The notes beneath the pieces are model-generated. The model worked only from the letters and a program-made list of their open reading frames with translations, was not told the origin of the DNA and searched no databases. From Octopus sinensis (Eukaryota): 64,000 nt of DNA. Shown here piece after piece: positions 13,711 through 25,859 of the stretch (positions within the stretch are counted from its first letter, which is position 1; the number at the start of each line of letters is the position of its first letter). The position numbers and the translations under genes were made by a program. Location: the NCBI RefSeq assembly GCF_006345805.1, contig NC_042997.1, positions 84,630,001-84,694,000 of the forward strand, given 5' to 3'.

Positions 13711-13745
<35 letters not shown>
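13272..13745. repeat. (AGT)n at 13272-13328 and long (TA)n mosaic at 13430-13745
   Basis: Direct reading. Confidence 0.9.
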
Positions 13746-13746
<1 letters not shown>

Positions 13747-13916
13747 AAGGTAAGCAGAGTTAGCGGCTGTAGTAACCGACTAAGGAATAAAAGTACCAGT
13801 ATTTACTATCGATATCAATTACCTGTGCTATCCCTGGGCATGGATATACAGGGACAGTATGCTCATAGGGTTCAGGTAACAACACAAAAACAAAAGTTTA
13901 TCGGGAATCAAAGTTA

Positions 13917-14280
13917 AATAATCAGAAAAAGGAGAAAACTTATGATAAAAAAACAAACAAATTGGACCACATCGGTAGAATGTTTTTTAATACAAAGCAT
14001 GACGATAACATTTCTAACGGCCGTTTCCGCTTCCAATATTAGTCGGTGCTTGCGAAAGAATTTCGAAAATAAAATTCCTCTTTCTAGCACATTCGATCTA
14101 GTACATGGAGCTTCATCAGAGTGAATACAAATGCGTAAAATATAATGAACGAAGGGAAGAGGGAATAGGAAAGAACATGGCCTCGAAAAGAGACCCTGTT
14201 ATGTTTTGTATTAAAAAATAATCCACCGACGTGGTCCAATTTGTTTGTTGATCAAAAGTTGTCTCCATTTTCTGATTATT
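13917..14280. repeat. Inverted repeat (foldback), arms 13917-14002 and 14197-14280
   Basis: AATAATCAGAAAA..TTGGACCAC..TTTTTTAATACAAA matches the reverse complement of the right arm at roughly 80-85% identity by eye. (TA)n follows the right arm. Confidence 0.8.
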
Positions 14281-14734
14281 GATATATATATATATATATA
14301 ATACGATATATGATATAGTATAATGTAATACAATGTAATATAATATATAACTAATTACTTCACCAGTGTTATTCAGATGCTTCCTACCAAGGTCATTGCT
14401 AAGATAACCATTGCTGACAGTGACATTTCTGTCATCACCACCCTCCCTTAATATTCGTCTTGTTACTTTTGCTGTTGCCGTTGTATTTTACAGCAAAATA
14501 TCTGTCTTAATGTAGCTCGGTTTTCACTCATGTTTTCTCGAGCATTTTCAATTAATCTGTTTACTATAGAAAGGCCTGGGGACAGAGGTTTTCTTCATTA
14601 GTTAAGCCCTCGTCACCGGCTTAAAGTAACACTTGTGACGAAGGTGAGTGGAGGGTCTACTCTTCTGGGAATTTCTTGAGTGGTAGGAGATAGTGTGGAG
14701 ACAATTCTCCAATGACTGGGCCTACTGTCAGTAT

Positions 14735-14921
14735 CTTTTATCTTGTACTTGTTCCACTCATTAAACTGCGACCATGCTGGAGCATCACCTTGAAGAATTT
14801 TAGTCAAGTGAAACTGCCCCTAATACTTTCTTTTTAAGCCTGATACTTATTCTATCGATCTTTTGCCGAACCGCTATTTTCGGGAAGTAAATACATTAAC
14901 ACCAGTTTTCAAAGACAAACA

Positions 14922-14963
<42 letters not shown>

Positions 14964-15136
14964 AACACACACATCTATAACGGACTTCTCTCAGTTTCCA
15001 TCTACCAAATCCACTGATAAGTCTTTAGTCGGCCCCAAGCTGTAATAGAATACACTTGTCCAAGGTACACGCAATAGGACTGAACCAGTCTCCATGTGAC
15101 TGACAAGTAAACTTCTCACACAGCGACGCCTGCACC
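14735..15136 (-). mobile_element. tRNA-derived SINE (same family as 36866-37252), diverged
   Basis: Shares the blocks GACTGCG.CCATGCTGGAGCA, TACTTATTCTATCG.TCT.TTTGCCGAACCGCTA, the (CA)n linker and CTACCAAATCCACT with 36866-37252. Confidence 0.8.
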
Positions 15137-15137
15137 T

Positions 15138-15273
<136 letters not shown>

Positions 15274-15279
15274 TTCGTT

Positions 15280-15460
15280 CTCTTTTCGGTACAAAGCCTA
15301 AAATCTTGTGGGAGGAGACTAGTCGATTACATTGACCCCAGTTTCAATGGTACTTAATTTATTGACCACGAAAGGATGAAAGGCAAATTCGGCCACTTAG
15401 ATCATAGCGATGGGCAAAATACCACTGAGCATTTCGTCCAGCGTGCCAGCTCGCTGCCTT
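15280..15460 (-). mobile_element. tRNA-derived SINE (GGCGGCGAGCTGGCAG-head family)
   Basis: Reverse-complement match to the family core GTCGATTACATTGACCCCAG..GAAAGGATGAAAGGCAAA; head remnant GCCAGCTCGCTGCC. Confidence 0.75.
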
Positions 15461-16269
15461 CATTGATAATAATAATAATAATAATAATAATATTAAGTGC
15501 ATGTGTAGGGAAATGATAACTGGGAAAGAAAACACATACCCTTCTTACATTAATCTAGTCCGTGTGGTGTTCTTTGATTTTCATAGATTGCCTCCTTTCC
15601 GTGGAACTCTGCCTATACTGTGGATATTATTGTTTCTTGTCTCATGAAGTTTGATTCTACGTAACCTCCTCCCACACATACATACATTTTTGTGGCCTGT
15701 CCTTGCAATGTCCCTTCGGACGTCGCCTTTGTGGCAATAATAAAGAAAAAATTGTTATCTCAAGGAAGAGGAGGAGAAATTAATCGTTCTGTAGCTTGCC
15801 CATTTACAAGAAAAAAAAGATACTTTATGACTTGTTAGTTCTTTCTGCCTTCACAGTGGAAACCATTTTCAACCTAGCTACTATGATGTGGGTGGGAGAT
15901 GATTCTCGTTACGGTGTTAGTCCAACTCCTCCTTCTGCTGGAAGAAAATAGCAAACAACTCTCTCGTGTATTGGGAACAAATGACCAAATAATATTTTTC
16001 CAATATTACTACCCACAACTACAAATCGTTCATGAACAATGACAACAAACGGCTAAATGTATATATTTGTGTTAATGACGGCAGCAATAACAATAATAGA
16101 TCTGGGGCATAAACAACAAAACTATCAGCAAATTGTGGACAAAATGAGGTTTATTTGCACGCATAGATTTAAACCTCAAAATAATGACCGGAAATGGAAG
16201 TTATGTCAGATGTTAGTGAGGGATATAGAATACAACTTTAAATGTATTATAACGAATAAGTTAATAGCT

Positions 16270-16600
16270 GCTGTGCTTACATTTTATTGAGGTCTTCACC
16301 GGCACCTTTCTCCACTACTCTTTTTTATAGGTGTCTATGGCTTCTACCATACTGCGGGGTTCTTATTTCTTTGTCCTTGGGGTTGTCTTTCCGACAGATT
16401 TCATTATAGAGTGTCCTAGCAACAACATAATGTCTCATCAGTAGATAATACCGTGATGACATTTTCGACAACTGCTTATGATGTGGGTGATATCTTTGAA
16501 GTTAACTCCACAAAGTCTGCATCGGTTATCACATTTTACTGCTTTTCTTGCATCTCTGTTCCTTTTGTGTATAAGGTACTTGGTTGATATTCCCTGTTCC
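16270..16600 (-). mobile_element. R4/Dong-type (RLE) non-LTR retrotransposon fragment: C-terminal zinc knuckle and start of endonuclease
   Basis: Minus-strand translation across frameshifts gives CDNRCRLCGVNFKDITHIISSC..SRYYLLMRHYVVARTLYNEICRKD..WRKVPVKTSIKCKH, matching the CxxC..HxxxxC knuckle of RLE LINEs. Confidence 0.75.
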
Positions 16601-17829
16601 TGTATTGCAAATGCGTGTATGTATGTATGTGTCTGTGTGTCTCACTGTCTGTCTATCTGTTTGTCTTCCAGTATGTATGTATGTATGTATGTATGTATAT
16701 GTGTGTGTACATGTATGCATGTATGTATGTTTGTTTGTGTTAGGTCACTTGTAAGGTCTTTTATGAGTTTTACTTGTAACATAGAATCCAGTAAAACTTA
16801 TTGCATCGTCAGATCGTCGGCGACTAAACTGTCACCTCATGTAGGCATGTCTGTCGTGGATGGTTGCTAGAAACACAAGTGAACTAAGAAAAGAAGCTGT
16901 TAAAAGCATGAACAATCCTAGTGTCGATCTTAATGTCAGTTTAACGACTAGCTAGCAAGAGCACGCGCCCTCATAAATTCTGAGTTAGTGACCGGTGTAC
17001 TGAAAGACTACTGGGAGTGAGACACTCCTTACCTTTTGTTAAATTGTGTCACTTGGAGAAGGTCATTTCCTTACGCTACCACATTCCTGAGCCTATTGTC
17101 CATATTGACACTGGTTATCTTGCCCTGGCTTGTCTCTGGATCATGTCAGTAAGGTGGAGAAGGTCTGTGAGGTGTTGTGCAAGCCTTACTGGACCGATGC
17201 CTGGTCGAGTAGGAGGGCACTACGGTGAGCATGGAAGCCACGGATGGGAACCCGTATGAAGCTGATTATTTGTGCAATAATCTCATGCAAACATACACAT
17301 ATATATGTATACATGTGTATATGCATACATATAGACACAGAGACATACACACACACAAACAGACAAACATACACACACTTACACACTCAATTATGAATTA
17401 GAAGCAACGCTAGCATTATAAACATTATCGATCACACATACTTAATGTATGCTTGCATATATGTTTCTATGTATGTATGTATGTATGTATGTATGTATGT
17501 ATGTATGTATGTATGTATGTATCTATCTATCTATCTGTCTGTCTGTACATGTATGCATACATATAAAATTAAATTAAATTTAATTTTATTTAATTTATAT
17601 TAAATTTTTTTATGTATTGGATTAAGTCTTTCTTTGTTTGATTTGCAAAATAGTGGTTTTGTCTCTAATTAATATTATATAATATTTTACTATAAAATTG
17701 GATTCAATCCTAAATCTGATTTTTCCCTGTAAATTTGGATTTATTCCCTAATATTTATTATATATATATATATATATATATTGCTAGCAGGTGGAGCGTA
17801 TCCCTGCCAACCTCTAGCAGACAACAGGA

Positions 17830-17878
17830 TCGCGAGACTGACTCAGTTCCCGGCTGCTTGGTTCATCTTCAGTCGCGA
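17830..17878 (-). ncRNA. Degenerate type-I hammerhead motif
   Basis: Minus strand reads UCGCGA-CUGAAGA-(UGAACCAAGCAGCCG)-GGA-ACUGA(G)UCAGU-C-UCGCGA. Stems I and III are perfect and the triplet is GUC, but A13 is G and stem II is broken. Confidence 0.5.
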
Positions 17879-18294
17879 GTACATGGCCCTGATTGAGCGG
17901 ACCTCTTATTAAAGATCTTCTAACCCTGACCATCACTTCTTAATAATATCTAGAAGTACCACATTTACCAAAGTGTTATATTTGATGTGGTGCTGGTTTT
18001 ATTCGTAGTGGTTTGCATTATTGTTTGTGTTGTTATTTAGTTTCGGTTTAGTTCTGACAGGACCGAATTATGACCGAAAGTTGTCACTCCATCCTGTCTT
18101 TTACCTATGTGCAGGAAGCGTAGGATCATATTTTCGAATATGTCTTTTTAAAGACGGTAGTGTATGATTTGCTAGAAATTCAGTTGTTATATCTACCACG
18201 TCGGGTGAGCACATAGGGAATTTTCTCATAGGCTTGTATTTCGAAGTTGTCAAAATATATAAGTATAGGTATATTTTTTATATGTAAGGGTGAG

Positions 18295-18332
<38 letters not shown>

Positions 18333-19078
18333 AGAAAGAAAGAGTGAAAGAAAGGCAAGATAGAGAAAAAAAAAGAAAGAAAAAAGAATGAAGGAGAACG
18401 AGAGGAAGATAAACTTCAAACTAAGTTCTTTCGCTTATCAAATTACGATTAACTTAAATTATATTTACATTAAAAGATAGTGGAGAGAAATTTTGCTTTG
18501 AACAATAAGCTTCAACAGAAATCCTTCGATTTCATAAAAAATGATTGTGTTAAAATCAATTTGTTATTAATCATATGTAACTTAGATTGTTATAGTTACA
18601 GTCTTGTCAATCTTGGGTCTCATTTGTAGGTTTTTTCGTTTGTTTATGAATACTTTTTCTCTGTTTTATCAAAAAAGTAATTGCGTTTTACTCAACCAAC
18701 CCGGCTGAAAAGCAGGTGGCTTAACCGATTTCCATCCATGTAGATATTGGTAGCACCTGCAGAAAGTATTTAAATCATTTTCAAGAATTCCATCCAAAAT
18801 TTCTGCACACCTGATTCTAATTAAGGCTGTTACTTTCAAGGGAACGCATTCTACTTTCATATAGCAATTAACTTTAATAAATTTAATATATGTTTATTTG
18901 TTACTTTTTCATTCATTTATATATTTCTTCTTTCTCTGGTAATGAATATTTCCATCTCAAAACTCTGAAGCAATAGTTCCAACGACATTTTGTTTTGTTG
19001 TTAAGCACTTACATGATTTTTAAAAAATTGCGAAAAACATGTCTATACTTTATGAGCAATCCACTATTCCAATATATA

Positions 19079-20347
19079 CAGGGGTTAGACAAAATAAAGG
19101 AAATACCTTAAAATTTCAAACAAATTTATTTTAAGGTTGGGTAGGACCACCTTTGGCAGTAATTACAGTTTGAATTCTACGAGGTATGGACTCGTACAAA
19201 GTTTGAATTCTTTCGAAAGAAATTTTTGTCCATTCTTCAGCTAAAACAGTCTCCAGTTCTTGTAGCGATGACGATGGAGGATATCGACTTCTTACTTGTA
19301 TTTCTAAAATGCACCATAAATATTCAATAATATTGAGATCTGGGGACTGTGGTGGCCAGATAAAATGTTCAACTTCACTAGAATGTTCCTCGTGCCTTTC
19401 AGTAAAAATTTATCTTTATTAATTGATGCTTTACCATCCTGAAAGATAGCGTTTCTCCTCCGGAAACAGTTCCGCAGCCATAGGATGAATTCGATCAGAT
19501 AAAATGTTTAGGTAGTCTTGACTATTAATTCTGCCATCAAGGGAAATCATTGGGCTGGCAGATTTTCAAGATATAACCCCCACCCCTCACCCAGATCATA
19601 ACAGATCCTCCTCCATGTTTCACTGTTAGAAAAAGGCAGTCTGTATCAAATGCTGCTTTTAGTTGTCTCCACACATATACTCAGCCAGTGGTCGGAAATA
19701 AGTTAAAGAATAATTCGTCCAAGAAAGTAACTTTCTTACGCTGATCTAGGGACCAATTTTGTAGGTTTTTACTCCACTTTAAACGCTTTGCAACGTTTGT
19801 TTTTGAAAGTAGTGGTTTTTTTATTGCAGCCCTCCCATGAAATCTGGCTCTGCGCAACTCCCGGCGAACAGTTTTTGTGGAAACTGGGTTCTCGAGGTGT
19901 TCATTAAGCTCTGCAGTAATTTTGTGATCCTTTCTAACAATTCGCATAAGAGTTTGACGATCCCAATCGGAAAGTTTTGGTTTTCTTCCTGAGTTTTGTT
20001 TCGACGAGGAGGTTTTTCCCTCTTTCTCAAAGGTTGTCATTACTTTCAAGACAGAAATTCTTGATACACCAAATATTTTGGCTGTTTTTGTTATGCTAGC
20101 GCCTGTCATACAAGCACCAACAATTTGACCTATTTGAAAGTCCGATAGATCTGTCATTTTAATGAATTTTAATTACCTTTCTCTGATGATATTTAAAATG
20201 AAACTCCTATTTTAGCAAAACATATTAAGCAACACTAATAATAAATAAAAAAAACATAACAATAAACAAGTTTTTGACGGTTTTATAGATATTTCAAAAT
20301 TATGATGCTATGATGCTAGGTGTTTCCATTATTTTGTCCAACCCCTG
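19079..20347 (-). mobile_element. Tc1-like (DD34E) DNA transposon, copy 1, inactive
   Basis: 30-bp TIRs CAGGGGTT(A/G)GACAAAATAA(A/T)GGAAA(T/C)ACCT with TA target sites. ORF 19681-20157 (MTDLSDFQIGQIVG..GRKPKLS..VTFLDE) is followed out of frame by VKHGGGSVMIW, FQDG and WPPQSPDLNIIE. Confidence 0.95.
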
Positions 20348-20923
20348 TACATATACGTGTAGGTGTATATGTATGTAGGCATGTATTTATGTATGTATGT
20401 TAAGTACGTACGTATCTGAGTGAGTTATATAATAGTCTTAAAATATGTACTAGGGCCTGTTTGTTCGACTAAAGCGTTCTAGATATATGTTCCAGCATGA
20501 CCAAAGTCTAGTGAATGAAATAAGCAAAAGATACAAGGGAAAAATTGTTATATGCGTGTATATATGTTTCTTTGAGATTTTATTTTTCCTTTTTTAACCT
20601 TTGCGGAATTCAAGTCGATCACTAACAAAGTGGCATGGCTCTTTTGTCTAAGCCAAGTCAACTCTTTGGGTTTGTGGTTACCTAAATTTCTTAATGTGTA
20701 CGTGTAATGTGCATGTGTACGTGTTGTGCACATGTATGTACGTGTAGTTAAACTTTTACTTATGAGAGTGTCACAATAAAACACAAGTGGTTACGTTAGT
20801 GTTTATGTGTGTGCGTGAATATGTATATTATATGCATGTGTTTATGTGCATATATTCACCCCACAAAATATTTAATGGAAAATCTTTGAAATGTTTTGCA
20901 AATTTTTAGTTTGTATGCATGTG

Positions 20924-20962
<39 letters not shown>

Positions 20963-22257
20963 TACATATATTATAAAATTTCATACATATATGTGTAAGC
21001 GAAGTCTCTCCGTAAAACGATTTCTTTAACATATAAACTATTATTTCATTTCAGTTTGCCATGATCGTGAAAAATATGATAATGAATGACTTGTTTAGAT
21101 TTTTTATTACTAATAGAGGTTTCTTCCTATATTGTCAGTTGTTGAACACAGCCATTTGAGTGTTTAGTGTCTTGACTACAGTAAGGACACAATGAATTAT
21201 TGATGACAATACACGAACTGCCGATCTCTCAGTTGGCTTTACAGTGCCCAGACGATAAATATGGCATCACAATAGTAATGTGACTAACATGAGACTTAAA
21301 CTTTAGCGGTGGAGAGAGGGCGCATAAACGAAGCGAAAGTATTTCAACCGAATGTCGAAACATGTTACCAGTGCTCGAGAGACGTATCAAAACCACAGCT
21401 TCCAATCTCAACTTCTCACCTTACTTTTAAAACTGAGTCATTGTACGTAGCCAAAACGAAATAGTATTTATTCCAAGAATATCTATTGCTTTATTTCTGT
21501 TTTCCTTTTCTTTCTTAGTAACTCCTTTCCTTTTCCTTTCCTTCACTTTTGTTATCTTTTTATTTAATCTTCTTAGGATGGACAAAGCTGTCCACATTAT
21601 AATGGCTAGGTAGTGAATGCCAAATTTAATCTCTGAATTAACATCCAAGTTATTGATTAGATACATACTTTAAGCGTAGACTTAAAACTTCATCTAACTA
21701 ATACAGAACATGTCAGCAGATGTCAGGCGAGTATCATTTAGAAAGTCATTGGGTTCGTTAGTTCAAGACTCGCGATTAGAGGTTGGCAAGTAAGAAATAT
21801 ATGAACAGATAAATTTTCGTATCCAGTGACAGATATTTCTCTGCACTTATTCGAAAAGTTAGCTTTAATTTTTATCTGATAAAATCTATTTAGATTAAAA
21901 CAGCTGTATAAAATGTCAGTGTCTATTGTTTTGGGGAATCGTAACTGAACTTTAATCTCTTTAAAATGTTTATGTTTTTGAATTTGTTGAGATAGCTGAC
22001 ACCACTTACTCAAAGTCGTCTTCTCAGGAGATGAAGGCATAAGAAAGAAAAGCAGTATACCCCGTGTTTGCAGAGTGAAACTTGATTAGTATAAGATTAA
22101 TAGTTGGTGAAAATTAACCGTCGTTATTGACACTTATATATATTTTATGATATGACAGTGCTAATGTTTCGACACACGCCAGTCATTATGATAGCGTATT
22201 GTTTTCGGATAATCTATATCTAGGATTACAATATCCAATGGGTTTCTCTTTCTTTCA

Positions 22258-22258
<1 letters not shown>

Positions 22259-22334
<76 letters not shown>

Positions 22335-22337
22335 TCC
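22259..22337. repeat. (CTTT)n microsatellite
   Basis: Direct reading. Confidence 0.95.
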
Positions 22338-22539
22338 TTTCCCCCTCCTCTCTCTATGTTGTTACTCGAAGTGTCTGAAAGAAACTCCAAATCCTCTTCA
22401 AATAACGCTGTCATCTAAAACAAGTTAGGTTTTATCACATAGTATGGTCTTTTATAAACAAATAGATATAGATATTGTAAATAGTATAAATGTAATTATA
22501 TTATAGATATTGTATAATCTATATTTCATATGCATTTAT

Positions 22540-22800
22540 ATATCTATATATATATATATAAAGATGAGAATGTGTGTCTGTCTGTCTGTGTGAATCGCTA
22601 AAACTTGAGAACTGCTCAACCAATTTCATTCAAATTTTACACATGCCTTATTCAGGGTCTAAAAAATTTTTAACTTCTTGCCTAGTGCGAGCCCACAGCA
22701 ATATCATATCTTCTCCACTATTTCAGTATTACGTGTCAAAAGTGAAACAATAACATCTCTCTATTGTAATATCAGATACTTTCACTTTAATAGTTTCACT
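22540..22800 (+). mobile_element. Helitron/Helentron-type non-autonomous element 5' part (Lep1/DINE-1-like)
   Basis: TCTATATATATAAA start, (GTCT)n tract and a CAACCAATTTCATTCAAATTTTACAC block typical of this class. No clear 3' hairpin was identified. Confidence 0.5.
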
Positions 22801-22833
22801 TTAATACTGAAACTATTAAAGTGAAAAAAAAGA

Positions 22834-22877
<44 letters not shown>

Positions 22878-22880
<3 letters not shown>

Positions 22881-23064
22881 GATGAGAAAATAGAGAGGTA
22901 ATTAATAAATTATTAGAAATAATTTAAAAATTGATAAACATCCCTTACAGCTGTTTTCAATTCAGACTCTCAGACTGAATTGAAACTGCTGTAAGGGATG
23001 TTTGTCAATTGTTTAATTAATTTATAATAATTTATTAATTACCACTCTATTTTTCTCATGTTAT
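22878..23064. repeat. Near-perfect ~187-bp palindrome between two (TA)n tracts
   Basis: Arms of ~88 bp (ATGAGAAAATAGAG..CATCCCTTACAGC..CAATTCAG / CTGAATTG..GCTGTAAGGGATG..CTCTATTTTTCTCAT) around a 9-nt spacer at 22966-22974. Confidence 0.9.
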
Positions 23065-23508
23065 CATATATATATATATATAGTTCAGCAAAATTTAGAT
23101 TCAAATTCTTTATATAGAACTTTGACATCTATTTCATCCCTATTTCTATAAATAGAAAATCTTTCTTGTCTCCTTTCAATTGATCATTCTTTCCAAACAT
23201 TCTAGCAGTTCAAAACAACTGAATATTCTGAATATTTTTCAGTCAGTTGATAAACTCTACTACCTTAATGTTCTTAAAATTTAAACCGACATTTTTGTCT
23301 ATATATCTACCGTCTCTATAATGTTATCAATTGATATGAAAATTATGTATTAATGGAAAACCTCTATTAATGGCTGATGATTACTCAACATTTTAAAACT
23401 GTTGTAATACTTACAACATTTAATAAAATGATGTAGCGTGAAACGATCGTACCAAATAACCGAAGTTATTATTGTTGCTTATTTTGATTATATATATATA
23501 TATATATA

Positions 23509-23704
23509 CCTCGTGTGTACCGTTGGCGATTTTTTTCCCTCTGTCTTCCCTTCTCTGGATCTTTCCTTCTCCTATGTTTCCGACGAAGAGCTCTGCTCGA
23601 AACGTTAAACCCTCCTTTCCTTCTTTCCTGAGCGTCCAATAATACTATATTTGTTCCACGTCCTCGCGTTGTTGTGTTTTTTTGTGCTTTCTTGTTTGGA
23701 TTAC
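23509..23704 (+). mobile_element. Small (TA)n-flanked Penelope-like terminal-repeat element carrying an HHR motif
   Basis: Bounded by (TA)n on both sides and contains the HHR fold at 23576-23610. The Penelope link is inferred from the HHR type. Confidence 0.6.
23576..23610 (+). ncRNA. Minimal type-I hammerhead motif (U4C variant)
   Basis: GUUU-CCGACGA-A-GAGC(UCU)GCUC-GAAAC-GUU-AAAC. Stems I and II are perfect, stem III is the palindrome AAC|GUU, and the triplet is GUU. Confidence 0.7.
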
Positions 23705-23706
23705 TT

Positions 23707-23757
<51 letters not shown>

Positions 23758-24902
23758 ATATATATAATTTCATTTTTGAATAATGGATTTTGAAGCCCAT
23801 AAAACATATAGATAGGTATTGAAAATCTTTTGGGGTAGGATATTAGCTGGTAAATATATATATATATATATTATATATATATATAATATATTGTGTGTGT
23901 GTGTGGTGTGTGTGTGTATGCATATACATATACTTACACACACACACATATATAATTAAATATATATGTATTTCTATCTATCTATCGATATATATGTATA
24001 TATATATATATATTATATTATATATATATATTATATATATATATGTGTTTGTGTGTGTGTGTGGTGTGGTGTGTGTGTGTGGTGTGTGTGTGTGTGTGTG
24101 TGCGTATGTGTGTGAATCTTGGCTGACATCGAGCTACACAACAACGACCGCAACAGTTAAAACTAGCTTTCTGTATTAACCACTGGTCATTTAGACATGT
24201 ATTTATTATTGACCTATGTTCTTGTCTTTATTCGAACATGAGACCACTATTAGATGGGGTATAGACTTCTCGAGGACGGTATATTCAGCTAGAGATCTCT
24301 CGAGAACGGAAGGCCAAAAACACCAAAAGCAACTACATCGAAAGGCATCAAGATTTACTGGAGACAAGTTATTGTGACAGCCGTACTTCTCAAGAAGGTC
24401 AACTCTGAGAGTCAACAGACCAGTAAGCTGATTATATAGATTCTTCAACTTCTTATTCGTTTTTATTTTATATTTTAGTTTTTTTTTTCATCAAGGGATG
24501 AGAAATACGTTTTTGAGAGAAAATCTTGAGATATTTCATACCATTCCAAGGTGCATTATCCGATTAAGGAAAGTAGGGAAGCTAAGACCAGGAATCAATT
24601 CCAAATTATTAGCTCAGGTGATGTGGGGCTTATCTCGCTACAGAGGTGCCTGAAGCAACATAGAGTGGATTATCTCCATGCAGTCTGTTTGTCTGATTGC
24701 CTGTCTGTCTATTAATATATCTTTTCCTCTCTTCTCTTTGCTCTACTCTCTGTCTCTCTCTCTTTTCATTTCTTTGTGGATGCAAATCCCTCTTCCTACG
24801 TGCCTACATTGCATGCAAACACACATACATACATGAATATATATTACTCACATATAATGATATGTATATGTCTGCGTGTATGTACGCGCGTCTGTGTTTG
24901 TG

Positions 24903-24975
<73 letters not shown>

Positions 24976-25199
24976 TGTATTTGTGTAGGTGCGCGTGCGT
25001 GTGTAACGCCTGGTTAATAAGCAGTAAGCTTCAAATAAGGTTAAGGACTCAGAACGTCAAGAAGTCGAGAATTAGTAGTTTTCGTTTAATTTCTTTGTTG
25101 ATATGTATAGTATAGAAATGGAAAATTATATACGGGAATTTTTTTAACATAATTTGTGGTTCCAATTTTAAGAAATTGCTATTGGAAAAAGCAAGTAAC

Positions 25200-25341
25200 G
25201 ATGGTGATGATGGTGGTAGTTGTGGTGTTGGTGGTGGTGATGGTGCTGCTGCTGCTGATGATGATGATTATGATGATGATGATGATGATGACGATGATGA
25301 TAATAATGATGATGATGATGATAATAATAATAATAATAATG

Positions 25342-25389
<48 letters not shown>

Positions 25390-25409
25390 TAATAATAATA
25401 ATGGTGATA

Positions 25410-25441
<32 letters not shown>

Positions 25442-25445
25442 AATA
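25200..25445. repeat. (GGT)/(GAT)n/(AAT)n trinucleotide mosaic
   Basis: Direct reading. Confidence 0.95.
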
Positions 25446-25534
25446 ACAGCAACATATAATAGTTCTAATACCACTTACGAGTAAACCTAACAGAAAATGG
25501 TAGACAACATTTTATATGGATGGCTAAAAACTAC

Positions 25535-25856
25535 GGTGGCACAATGGCCCAGTGGTTAGGGCAGCGGATTCGCGGTCAGAGGATCGCGGTTTCGATTCCC
25601 AGACTGGGAATCGAAACCGCGATTGTGTGTGTCTGTTACGCAAAAACACCTAAAACTCCACGAGGCTCCGACAGGGGGGTGATGGCAACCCTTGTTGTAC
25701 TCTTTCGCCCCAACTTTCTGTCACTCTTTCTTCCTGTTTCTAGAGTAACGCTGCGATGGACTGGCCTCCCGTCCAGCTAGGGGGGGAGCACATACGTCAA
25801 AGAAACCGGGAAACCAGACCCATGAGCCTGACTAGGCTTGAAAAGGGCGAAAAAAA
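25535..25856 (+). mobile_element. tRNA-derived SINE with V-domain-like block
   Basis: A-box TGGCCCAGTGG (25545-25555), B-box GGTTTCGATTCC, and GCTGCGATGGACTGGC..CCGTCCAG, which resembles the V-SINE conserved domain. Confidence 0.75.
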
Positions 25857-25859
25857 GTC

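Noticed and set aside
16381-16450. Minus-strand CTGATGA...GAAA spacing
   Set aside because: It lies in LINE coding remnant (LLMRH) and has no valid stem III or NUH.
20183-20210. CTGATGA-TATTTAAAAT-GAAA in the Tc1 5' region
   Set aside because: No stable stem II and no stem I, stem III or cleavage triplet.
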